A stretch of 54,160 nucleotides of DNA, counting the filler, from Basidiobolus ranarum (lineage: Eukaryota): NCBI GenBank assembly GCA_040143965.1. It is 4 parts of 4 records of this genome, joined end to end, with 100 filler letters (N's around TTAATTAATTAA, not from the genome) between each part and the next. Parts side by side here need not be neighbours in the genome. Positions count along the whole stretch, not along the records: positions 1 to 13,491 come from JASJQH010000478.1; 3 more parts are not named here. One strand, written 5' to 3'. This document shows, in pieces, positions 1-9,800 of the stretch. The first letter of the stretch is position 1; the number at the start of each line of letters is the position of its first letter. A program made the translations under genes and the position numbers. The notes below the pieces were generated by a model. That model had not been told where the DNA came from and ran no database searches. It worked only from the letters and a program-made list of their open reading frames with translations.

Positions 1-158
1 TCTACTATATAAGTCACCATATACTCTTAAGAATAAACTAACTAAAACACACTATCATAAGTTGCTTCTAATACTCAAAGTCTACCCCATTATGTCAAGA
101 TCCTCCAACACCTCTGATTCTCCAAACCACTTCCAACAGGCTCCCAAATACTTTAACA
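1..158 (+). mobile_element. 3' part of a copia LTR (family B), cut by the window start
   Basis: Matches 37698-37800 and, in reverse, 37845-37912. Ends in ...ccacttccaacaggctcccaaatactttaaCA, the terminus shared by the LTRs in this window. Confidence 0.8.
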
Positions 159-490
159 AAGCAAACATTTCAGAGAGTGCAAGCTCTTGGCTCATAACCT
201 GTTAAAGTATTTATGAGCCCATTGGAAGTGGTTTGGAGAAATAGCAAAGTTGGTGATATTCATTTATTGATTTATTGGGTTTAAAGTTGACATTTGTACT
301 TCTGTCAAGATGTAAAGAAACTAGCATGAAGAGTGTGTTACAGAAGGTCCTAAGAACATGTGTGCAGAGTCTGGGGCTTCTAGCACAAGTCTGAAAAATC
401 TGTATATATGTAGACCTCTATGGTAGTAAAAATATTCCAAGTAAATTCCAATTGAGAATGCTGGGTAATATCTTGGTGATATATAACAAA
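159..490 (-). mobile_element. Copia 5' LTR remnant (family A) with tRNA-iMet primer-binding site
   Basis: On the minus strand the LTR ends ...tactttaaCA at 200 and is followed directly by GGTTATGAGCC (199-189), complementary to the tRNA-iMet anticodon arm. The body aligns by eye with 37263-37611. Confidence 0.75.
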
Positions 491-1085
491 AGTGAAAGTC
501 ACCTATTCTTATAGTATTCCAAATCACGTCCAACAAACTCCCAAAATACTTTAACAATAAATTAACCAAACCATGAGCTAGGCAGAAATTTTAGAAATTT
601 AGACCTTCCTTAGGATTAATTTATAAGACTATTTAGTTGAAGAAGAGTGTCAAAATTAAAGTCACCTAAATATTTATATATAAAAATACTACAGTAAACT
701 TGAGATATTGAAATAGCTACCTATTGTCATTAGAGGATAATTACAACTAACAAGTGCAGCCAAATGGTCACTATTAGTAGGATAATCTTCATACATGTCT
801 TTAAAACTTGAAATCCAGATATTATCATACATGTTGGGAATTATTGCAATTTGAATTTGACTCCGCATAGACAACCATATAAAATAGTGTTATTACATAC
901 AGTTTTAGCCCAGTTCAAGGGCTTCTTCGTAGGAAGTATTGACAGTAGTATTATGTAAATAATCAAATTAACTTATGTACAAGATCGAATAAAATTTATT
1001 AAAATCCTTAGAAGACCTAAAATTGGATAAATCAATATTAGTAATCAATGAGGAGAAATAAGGGAGAAGTGAAATTTTCTAATGA

Positions 1086-1161
1086 TTTCATTCAGTAAAA
1101 CAAGCAAGTTGGAACCATGTGGTATGTCTTAAAGACTAATCGTTAAAGCATCACGATGAAA
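1086..1161 (-). ncRNA. Box C/D snoRNA, copy 1 (predicted LSU rRNA 2'-O-methylation guide)
   Basis: Minus strand: box C-like GTGATGC (1154-1148), box D CTGA (1095-1092), 6-bp terminal stem TTTCAT/ATGAAA. The 12-nt guide CGATTAGTCTTT is complementary to the conserved LSU rRNA segment AAAGACUAAUCG. Confidence 0.8.
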
Positions 1162-1269
1162 AAGGGGTAACTAAACTAATGGATTTCTACGGAAATAAGC
1201 GATATTTACCTAAGAAAAGGATAACGAATTAGTAATGAGTGATAATAAATATTTCATGACTATATATGT

Positions 1270-1349
1270 ATATAAGCTCAGTAAAACAAGCATGTTGGAA
1301 CCATATGGTGTGTCTTAAAGACTAATCGTTAAAGCATCATTGCTGATAT
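1270..1349 (-). ncRNA. Box C/D snoRNA, copy 2 (paralogue of copy 1)
   Basis: Box C-like ATGATGC (1340-1334), box D CTGA (1281-1278), different terminal stem (ATATcAGC/GCTtATAT), identical guide (1328-1317). The core differs from copy 1 at only about 4 positions while the flanks are unrelated. Confidence 0.8.
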
Positions 1350-1704
1350 GGAATTAAGAAAAAAATGAAAAAATGGGTTGCTTTTTACCTTATATGTTTA
1401 TGCAGTCAGAGTGAAGGAAAAAGAGAAGAATGATTTCGTTTTTCTTTCAAGCGAATTTATGGACCTCCATAATCACCCACTCTGAGCATCAGGGGGGCCT
1501 AAGCAAGGGTTATGAATGCTGATTGGCCGAAAGAAGATTATTGGTTTTCAATGGAAATTACTAATGGCTAATGAGATTACTATTTTCTCCATAGTCTATG
1601 GAACGATGATTTGTAAAAAAAGAAGAAAAAAAATTGGTCACAAAGCAAGTAGTAAATGTGAATAGGTAACACCTGTCTTGGAATTTTCGTTAACATCTGT
1701 TATC

Positions 1705-3355
1705 ATGGCCGAAGAGAACACTAACGAGAATCTTACTTTTGCTGAATTGGTATTGGCTCTATTGACACCCTATTTAGAGTTGAGTTATTGTAAGCTAACT
1801 ATTTCCGTTGTAGGGGGTTATTCCTCAATTGGTTGAGGCATGTGAACGCATGAACTATAAGGCTCCCACTGAGATTCAAAGGGAATCCATCCCTTACGCT
1901 ATCAAAGGTACTTTACGACTCTCTATGGTGTTGTGTTTTCTTTGGTATTAACCTTTCTTTGAAGGACGCGACATTATTGGTCTAGCTCAAACTGGTTCGG
2001 GTAAGACTGCTGCTTTTGCGATTCCTATCCTTCAAGCATTATGGGAAAAACCTTCAGGTCTGTTTGCTTGCGTCATGGCTCCCACCAGAGAATTGGCATT
2101 CCAGATCTCTGAGACATTTGAATCCCTCGGTGCTATCATTGGTGTACGCTGTTGTGTTATCGTGGGTGGTATGGATATGATGTCTCAATCTATTGCCTTG
2201 TCGAAGAAGCCCCATATTATCGTTTGCACTCCTGGTAGATTGCAAGATCATTTGGAAAATACCAAAGGATTTTCCCTCAGAACCTTGAAATTCTTGGTAA
2301 GTAATGATATGAAGTTGGATCGATTCATCCGGCGACTTATGTTCATTGTTCTATGCATAGGTAATGGATGAAGCTGATCGTCTCTTAGACATGGACTTTG
2401 GTCCCAAAATTGAACAAATTCTCAAAGTCATTCCCAAAGAACGTACAACCTATCTGTTCTCCGCCACTATGACCACCAAGGTCGCCAAGCTTCAAAGAGC
2501 TTCACTCCAATCGCCCGTCAAAGTCGAAGTATCTACCAAGTAAGTGAAACCTCGGATAAATTCCCAGAGAGCAGATCACCTGACCTAATGTATTATTCAT
2601 TAGATATTCCACAGTGAGCACCCTGCTTCAATACTATCTGTTTTTCCCATTCAAACACAAGGATTGCTACTTGGTTTACCTTTTGAACGAGCTCGCCGGA
2701 AACTCAGCCATCGTATTCTCTAGAACATGTAATGATACCCAACGAATCGCATTGCTGCTAAGAAATCTTGGATTCCATGCAATCCCCCTACATGGACAAC
2801 TTACCATGCAAAAGCGCTTAGGTGCACTCAACAAATTTAAGGCTGGTAGTCGTAATATCTTGATCGCTACTGATGTTGCCAGTAGAGGTTTGGATATTCC
2901 AGAAGTAGATGCAGTTATCAATTACGATATCCCTACCCACTCAAAGGATTATATCCATCGTGTTGGAAGAACTGCACGTGCTGGTAGAGCCGGAAAATCC
3001 CTCACCCTGGTCACTCAGTATGATGTGGAACTTTTGCAACGTATTGAAGCAGTCATCGACAAGAAGTTGGATGAGTTCCCTGTTGATAAGGACACCGTTT
3101 TGCTTCTTCAAGAGCGTGTGTCTGAAGCTCAACGAATTGCTACTATGGTAAGTTCTAGCAACCAAACTTTAGCAAGCGCAATATTTGAATATTCATATTA
3201 ATCTAAACCCTAAACGTTAATAGGAAATGAAGGAGATAAATGCAGCCAAAAAGGGAGGCAAGCGCGGGAACGGAGGTGATGATGACGATGGTGTAGACCC
3301 TGCTATCAAGAGACTCACACAGAGAAAGAATGGAGGAAAGAGACAGCGTCATTAA
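1705..3355 (+). CDS. RRP3: DEAD-box rRNA-processing helicase Rrp3/DDX47; exons 1705-1749, 1814-1907, 1965-2296, 2361-2539, 2604-3147, 3224-3355
   Basis: Spliced translation gives the Q motif (PTEIQ), [28 protein letters not shown] and [10 protein letters not shown]. All introns are GT-AG and keep frame. Confidence 0.95.
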
Positions 3356-4059
3356 TCGATGGGGGCACTTCAAATAGAAACATTAATTACTAAAATCTAA
3401 TTAAAAATTAATAAAACAAAGAGGCTTTTATTTGCAAGTTCTATTCTTCTGTCGAATAAGGCATATACCCTGACTAGCGCTGTAGTGGTTGGTAGTAGTG
3501 GTGGATAGAACTGTGGCCCGTTCCAAGATGGGGGAGTTCGCATGTGCATGCAACCAATATGCAAGGTCAGCTAGTAAAGCTCACCTTAGGGCCGTAACCT
3601 TCTTGCAGGTAGTCCATAACCAGGTTATAATACGTTGTTTGAGTATATATGGAATTGATTGAAATTAGGGTTAGGATGGATGTGTCAATACGTGAAAGGT
3701 GCTCATTGTTATATATTTAGTGATTGTATTTAGTGCTTAGGGTGCCATTATATATATAGTCGACCAAATTCGCACTGAGGTTGGTCCAATCCGATTGAAA
3801 GTTATGCACTATCCCGCCTGAACCCGATAAGAGTCGAGTCCTAGGTTTCATTTGGTTAATATTGGTTAGTATCCAGGAATTATACGTATTAAATCCATAG
3901 GAGTGCGGGTACGAGTGTGCCCATTTACTATTCTATAACTATGGCTCCTACTATTCTATATCCTATATTCTAAACCCTACATCATATATTCTAAACCCTA
4001 CATCCTACGGCTCCTTCTATTACTAAACAAAGCAGCTCCTACCATTACTAAACAAGACA

Positions 4060-4584
4060 ATGGATCAAGCAGTACTGGCTGTGCAATTCACTCCTATTGT
4101 TTCCACGTTTCTCCTCAAATGTGTGTCCCCCCCCGATATGTATGGAACGACATGTATGGAAATTACTTCCTCTTTATCATTATTCTGTAAGCGGATCCTG
4201 CAATCGGATGCGCGTAGAAAGGAATATAGTGTGGACTATAAATACCTGCACCATGAAGACAAGTTCCTTGGTTCAACCATCACTTAACCAAGTACAATCC
4301 AAGCACAGCCTATAATGCTCTGTATCCCTCGATTATTCACATTCAAGCGTTACTCAAGATCCGACTCTAAGCAAAACGCAAGATACAGATGCTTACAAAA
4401 TCTAGACTATGACAACTATACTACTGAGATAGCTCGTCAAGAACTTGAATCTTTTATATCCTCGCCTGTTGTGGACGCATATCCTGATGAGCAAAAGATC
4501 GAGTTCGCGAGACTAGCCGAGTTGCTTGATCTCAGCTATCAGCAATTTGTCACTGATAACAACACTCAAGCTCTACCTTGCTAA
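4060..4584 (+). pseudogene. About 174-codon reading frame of unknown product interrupted by one in-frame TAA (4285-4287)
   Basis: ORFs 4060-4287 and 4315-4584 are in the same frame and separated only by one stop. No recognisable domain. Confidence 0.4.
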
Positions 4585-5071
4585 TACTCGATCTCCCGGA
4601 TGAAAAGCGTATAAATTAACAAGAGCTGTAGCTTAAACATGTATATTACACAACCCTCTTCTGAGGCAACTTGTAGCTAGCTCTCGACCTCTTGCCTCGT
4701 GTACATATCCAAATATGCCTGTTTATTATCTAGACATAAAATCTATAGATTTGTACTCTTTTAAACATCTACAATCACCATTCAAATAAATAACCCGCTT
4801 TCATTCACTTATTTCGTCGCAAAGGTCAACATTTCATAGATCTACCGAATCTGCCTAAGCTGGTAACTTTTAGAAGTTTTTTCAGGTACAATACTCAAGG
4901 AGTGTTACAAAAGGCTCTGGATGTACTTGGGTATATGAATTGGTTGAAGAGAATAAGACCGATCTTTTATTTGTTAGAACAAGAAGAATACAGCAGTCTA
5001 GCGAGGAAAAAATGTTTATATCTACCAATTGCCCAAAAAAGCTCCGTGAATTTTACCGAGGAGAAAGTAAT

Positions 5072-5392
5072 TTAAGCAGCGTATTTTTGGATCATCAGTT
5101 CCAGTTTCTTGACATCAGCACCAACCACTTCATCCACTTTCTGGGAATTTTTAAATACCATAAAGGTAGGCATGGCACTAACACTGAGTGGTTGAACGAT
5201 ATTAGGGAAACGGTCTACGTCTACCTTGATGAAGTAAGCTTTGCCGGCATACTTTTCCGAAAACTCTTCAAACTTTGGAGAGACAACCTTACAAGGACCA
5301 CACCAGATTGCGTAGAAATCAACGATAATGGTTTGACCACTACTGATAACTTTATCGTATGCCTCAAAAGAACCAATTTCAATAACAGGCAT
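5072..5392 (-). CDS. TRX1: Thioredoxin, 106 aa, intronless
   Basis: VDFYAIWCGPCK active site, MPTF cis-proline motif, VVGA; typical length. Confidence 0.95.
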   Translation of the reverse strand: MPVIEIGSFEAYDKVISSGQTIIVDFYAIWCGPCKVVSPKFEEFSEKYAGKAYFIKVDVDRFPNIVQPLSVSAMPTFMVFKNSQKVDEVVGADVKKLELMIQKYAA

Positions 5393-5722
5393 GATGGAAA
5401 GATGGTTAACAATGATACTTACCGAACCTCAAATTACCCTTCAATTTATAGCATATGTCCTCCCACTCTCATTTCCATTGAAAATTTTAAATCAACAATG
5501 CTTATGTAATAGACTGATTGTTAAATATATATGGGGATTTTCTCTGAGAAATTATATGGATTCCATAGCAATATTTGTCAGATATCCACATGGATAATCT
5601 CAAACCACCCCACCCTCCATGACTCCGATTCGTTCACTGTTTCTTCGAACATTCCCGAAAGTGTTAAGTTAAATTCTACTTTCCCAAGGTTGGAATAAGA
5701 TAGTCCTTTAAAGAGTATTGCC

Positions 5723-6974
5723 ATGTCTGTCGATTTCAGTCACGTATTGCCACCTTCTTGGAAGACCAAGATTAACGAATGGATTCAGGAAGACATTCCT
5801 TCTTTTGACTATGGTGGTTTCGTTGTTGGAGAAGACGAGAAGATTGCCATACTCTATGGTAAATCTGAGGTATGGTTTAACTCTCCTTTTCTTTTTACTT
5901 TTTAACTAATAGCTAACTTTCTATGAAGGGTGTTTTGGCCGGTCGTCCTTTCTTTGACGAAATATTCCGCTATTTTGAGTGTCGGTGGGTAACTTCCTAG
6001 TTTATCTTGTTAAATATTGAACTAAACAATCTCTCGGGAATAGTGTTGAATGGTCACTAGAAGAAGGGGAGAAGTTCCAACCTATCAAAGAAGTTGCTAA
6101 GGTGTATGGTAAAGCTAGAAATATCCTTATGGGAGAGCGTTTAGCACTCAACTTAATTGCCCGGTGCAGTGGCGTTGCCACTAGGTATTTAAGTTTGATT
6201 TTCAATCTTATATATGATGGGGTTTCTGACCTGGATGCTATTATTTAGAGCCCGTCGTCTTGCTGACCTTAAAGAAGCTCATGGATACAAAGGAGTAATT
6301 GCTGGCACTCGTAAAACCACTCCTGGTATGTTACAGCATTGCGTTATAAATACAATACGTTTAGGATACTTTGGAGAGTGGTTTAATGATTTCCTTAGGA
6401 TTCAAATTGATCGAGAAGTATGCTATGCTTGTGGGTGGTGTTGACACTCATCGTATGGATTTATCCTCCATGATCATGCTTAAAGATAATCACATATGGA
6501 GTCAAGGTTTGCACTAGTCAGTATACATTTACAACTTCAGCACTTAATATTCTCTTGATTTATCTAGGTTCTATTACTCGTGCTGTCGAAAAGGCCAAAT
6601 TGGTCGGTGGCTTTTCTCTCAAGATTGAGGTTGAGTGCAGAAGTGAAGAGGAGGCCGACGAGGCTATTGAGGCGGGTGCTGACATTGTAATGCTAGACAA
6701 CTTTACCCCCGAAGGCTTAAAGGTAGCTGCCCGTAGCGTCAAACAGAGATGGGCTGAGCGCGGTCGTTCTGTTTTAGTTGAAGCCAGCGGTGGTATTACT
6801 GAAGAAACCGCCGTATCCTACTTCTGCGATGGTATGTTGTATCTGCATGCGTTGCAAACTTAACCTGACCACTAAGAATCTCTTTATACAGATATCGATG
6901 TTCTCAGTTTAGGCGTACTAACTCAAAGCGTTCCCCACATTGATTATTCTCTCAAGATTAAGAGAGGCTCTTAG
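5723..6974 (+). CDS. BNA6: Nicotinate-nucleotide pyrophosphorylase (quinolinate phosphoribosyltransferase); exons 5723-5869, 5929-5984, 6044-6184, 6249-6325, 6399-6506, 6568-6831, 6892-6974
   Basis: [51 protein letters not shown] and IDYSLKI motifs in frame across GT-AG introns. Confidence 0.95.
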
Positions 6975-7136
6975 ATATTCTAAACTATGCCAAAAATAAC
7001 ATGGCAAATAAATAGAAATGTTTAATGAGAATTAGTCATAGTATACACGCTCTTTATGTAGTTCAATTCTCATGAATGGGTAGTTAGTTGAAGCTGTCTG
7101 ATACTGAACTCACGGAGAAAGAAATAAATACGCAAT

Positions 7137-7761
7137 TCAATAATAATACACTCCAAACGCCACCGCGACACAAAATAAAGAGTCCTAATATATTGAATGG
7201 TCAGCAAGCTACACTTGGATGAGTAAGAGAAGTGATACTCATACGTTGGTGAAAATGTCTTGGGCAACATTATCAGTATCGGGATCCCATAGACACCTAC
7301 AGCTCACTCTGCTAAAGCTTTAATGCATATTTGACATCAAAAAGTGAATAATCGAAAATTACCGAGCTCCTTCCCCTCGATTTTCTCCAAGTATCACGTC
7401 CACAACATATTTATAACGGCTCAGCTCAAGTTCTAAATTTGAAATTACTACGTGCACAATGAAGTAGAGCTCCTGCATTCATACCTTTAAGCTTATTTTT
7501 AATCGCTTCGCTAATGTTTAAGGTGAGCTGTGAGGCTTTCTCTGGTTCGTATAGTTGGTTTTGTAAACGTTCTACAAGTATTTGGTGGATTACTTTGCTT
7601 ACAACCGCAGGACGAAACCTTAATAGAACTTTGATAAGAATTTATTCGCCTTAAATGAGATTGAATACATTATGTTGGTATGTTTCCTACTTTTGTGTAA
7701 AATTGGGGCGAATAGAGATTGACCCAGAGGCCTCGGAAGTTTGCTCGTTAGCATCCGCCAT
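7137..7761 (-). CDS. DYNLT2B: Tctex1-family dynein light chain, TCTEX1D2/DYNLT2B type, 128 aa; exons 7761-7691, 7618-7485, 7432-7363, 7308-7245, 7184-7137
   Basis: Manual splicing gives MADANEQTSEASGSISIRPNFTQKFRPAVVSKVIHQILVERLQNQLYEPEKASQLTLNISEAIKNKLKELELSRYKYVVDVILGENRGEGARVSCRCLWDPDTDNVAQDIFTNDSLFCVAVAFGVYYY. This matches TCTEX1D2 hallmarks (RP..Q.FRP.VV, GE.RGEG, RC.WD.DTDN, NDSLFCV..FG..YY). Absent from the ORF track because the exons are short. Confidence 0.9.
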
Positions 7762-8446
7762 ACTTTAGGTTAACTGTGACTTTGGTTATGTATATGGAGT
7801 GTCTTCGTATTGATAAATTTCAATGTGGTTCAATTATCCATATCTACCCAATTACAGTTGTTTTACTTGAAAAAGGGGGTAGGTCCCTTTCTCGATCTTG
7901 AGCCGGTGAATTTACCTGCTCTGTATTACCAGCAAATTCAAAACCAGTACACCATTAATTAGAATGCTTAATACACCATTCTTCATTCCTTTATACGACA
8001 AGCCGTATGACTGGACAATGTGCACTTCAAGCAGTTGAAAGTCTCTACAATGGTTGGATAGCTAGTGTATGGATATGGTGAATCAAGACGTCAAGAGGAA
8101 TAGTCGCAGTGGTGACAGGACCTCATACCGCATACCCCGTACCCACACCCGATCTGAATCAATCAAAGTGACCAAAATATATTGTTAATTCTAGATACCC
8201 ACGGTTGCTTCTCTGGTAAGATAATATACGACAAAGGAGTCCGAAACCTCCCTGACTCAGGTTTGGATATGTCGAATTTACCATTGTATTATTCTATCTT
8301 TGTCCTGGCGTTGCTATACCAACGATATAGAGGAAAGATCACTAGCTAGAGACAATAGGAGAAATACTGGCGATCACTATTTACGATTGGAGGAGAGTAT
8401 AAACAATGACCATATATAGCTTTAGGAGTCACTCATCATTTTAAGC

Positions 8447-8898
8447 TTAGGGGCAGAGAGAGTTGTAATAAATGGAATCAGTATGAGAAGGCAGTTCAAA
8501 GGCGTCAAGAACACCATTAGTCCACTCCGGGCCATTTATTAGACTGTTGATTGGGAATATTACTGATTTCTGGGGATTCAGGCGGCGTTGAATGGATGAG
8601 CAAGAGCATACAAGCATACAGATAGATTTCAATTTATCAACAGAGATTATCATTTGACTATATTAACTATCACATTATCGATGCATGGATAAGGGAGGTG
8701 CAGAAAATACCTTTTACATGCCAAAGCTGTTGCCGCAGATGGTTGAACAAGAACCAAGCCACTGACTACCGGGTAAGTACGCCCAAGATAAAACCATTGG
8801 ACTAGGTAATATAGATAGGGGCGCATTGTGAGCGTGAAAAAGGGATTCTCTACGACCCGAACCACATCTGTCAGTCAGTTTCTTAGGGTTAGGGTTAG
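8447..8898 (-). mobile_element. 5'-truncated non-LTR (LINE-like) 3' fragment with telomere-repeat cap
   Basis: Frameshifted minus-strand pieces (NPFFTL...LVQWFYLG / LPGSQWLGSCSTICG / LPYPCIDNVI / IQRRLNP) resemble the C-terminal W.LG.LPG...C..C region of LINE ORF2 in early-diverging fungi. Both termini are shared with 39154-39247. Confidence 0.55.
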
Positions 8899-8989
8899 CA
8901 ACCACACATTGAATATTTGAAAAGCATTCGATGAACTAAACTTCAAGCTATTGAATAGATCAAATGATGAACTAAGCTTCAGGTTGTTG

Positions 8990-9800
8990 AACGTTGCTAG
9001 CCACTAGAATGCTATAGTTGCCCAGTGACTCCATATTGTGAAACTACCAGCGAACGTTTCCAGTGAACCTTTGATCCAACCAGGTCTAGGAGCTTGGCTA
9101 AGCAAGTCATTATCACAAAATCGGCTTCAGACCAATGATCGAAGTATAACCACGATTCATCTCAGACAATCATTGCCACTTGGAAATTCGTTCAACATTG
9201 GGTTGCCGCACACACATACACAACAACGTAGTAATTAAAATTTACATATCAAATGAGATATTTAATTAAATCGTGCATAACAAGTAATGGTGTCTATTTG
9301 ACATTTAGAGGGTTCAATGCCATTCTTTCCCAATTGACGTCAATTAAGCCCCTTACCCAGGTATTATTGCTCTTGGTTCTGGTCTCAGCATTGGATGAAT
9401 CCATTCCTACCCGTCGTCTCGCCATGTTACCAGCAGCGTTCATCGTGATGCAAATCAATAATACCTGGCATGTCGCATCTTATCCTCCCATTTTGACATT
9501 TCGGGGCGATATTTGAACATTTTCTGCAGGTTATACATTTTGACCGTCATGATAGCAAGCACGAGGTCTGCGGGATTGTTGGAGCAATCATTACCCTTCA
9601 TATTGTGAAGGATCCAACGATTCGTCGTCATGTGCACTCAGCTGACATCAGTGGTTAGTGGGATTTCAAATTGGCTATTTTTCAATAAGTAGAACTTCGT
9701 GTCCCCTGACTTTGACTCCTTTCGCTTCGGTTCATGCCTTGATTGTCTTGCGGATTAAATTGGTTTCAGCTAGTTTGAATTTACCCACTTCAGGTTCTTA
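8990..9800 (-). pseudogene. Decayed multi-Myb (Reb1/TTF1/DMTF1-like) gene remnant
   Basis: Broken frames read GKFKLAETNLIRKTIKA*TEAKGVK, KMYNLQ..., ISKWQ*LSEM and HWSEADF...KVHWK, in the order expected for Reb1-type Myb repeats. Many stops and frameshifts. Confidence 0.35.

Larger units (their letters stand above)
985..1480 (-). ncRNA. Spliced non-coding snoRNA host transcript with two back-to-back introns (1388-1210 and 1209-1017); outer ends approximate
   Basis: Minus strand: AG|GTAAAA donor at 1388; TACTAAT branch at 1234-1228; CCTTTTCTTAG acceptor ending 1210, immediately followed by a GTAAAT donor at 1209; TACTAAT branch at 1043-1037; TTTTAG acceptor ending 1017; AATAAA near 1000. No useful ORF. 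Confidence 0.7.

Noticed and set aside
1092-1340. 63-bp direct repeat pair considered as a CRISPR-like array or an rRNA fragment
   Set aside because: Only two units in eukaryotic context, and the rRNA match is limited to 12 nt. The C/D boxes, stems and intron signals explain it as snoRNAs.
2355-2366. AG|GTAATG at the RRP3 intron 3 acceptor, resembling a recursive site
   Set aside because: The GTA ATG bases encode Val-Met of the essential VMDEAD motif, so this is an ordinary exon start.
4484-4515. CTGATGAG hammerhead-like core
   Set aside because: No matching GAAA core or helices follow.
4940-5509. 189-aa plus-strand ORF
   Set aside because: Antisense shadow of thioredoxin with a TTG start and no domain.
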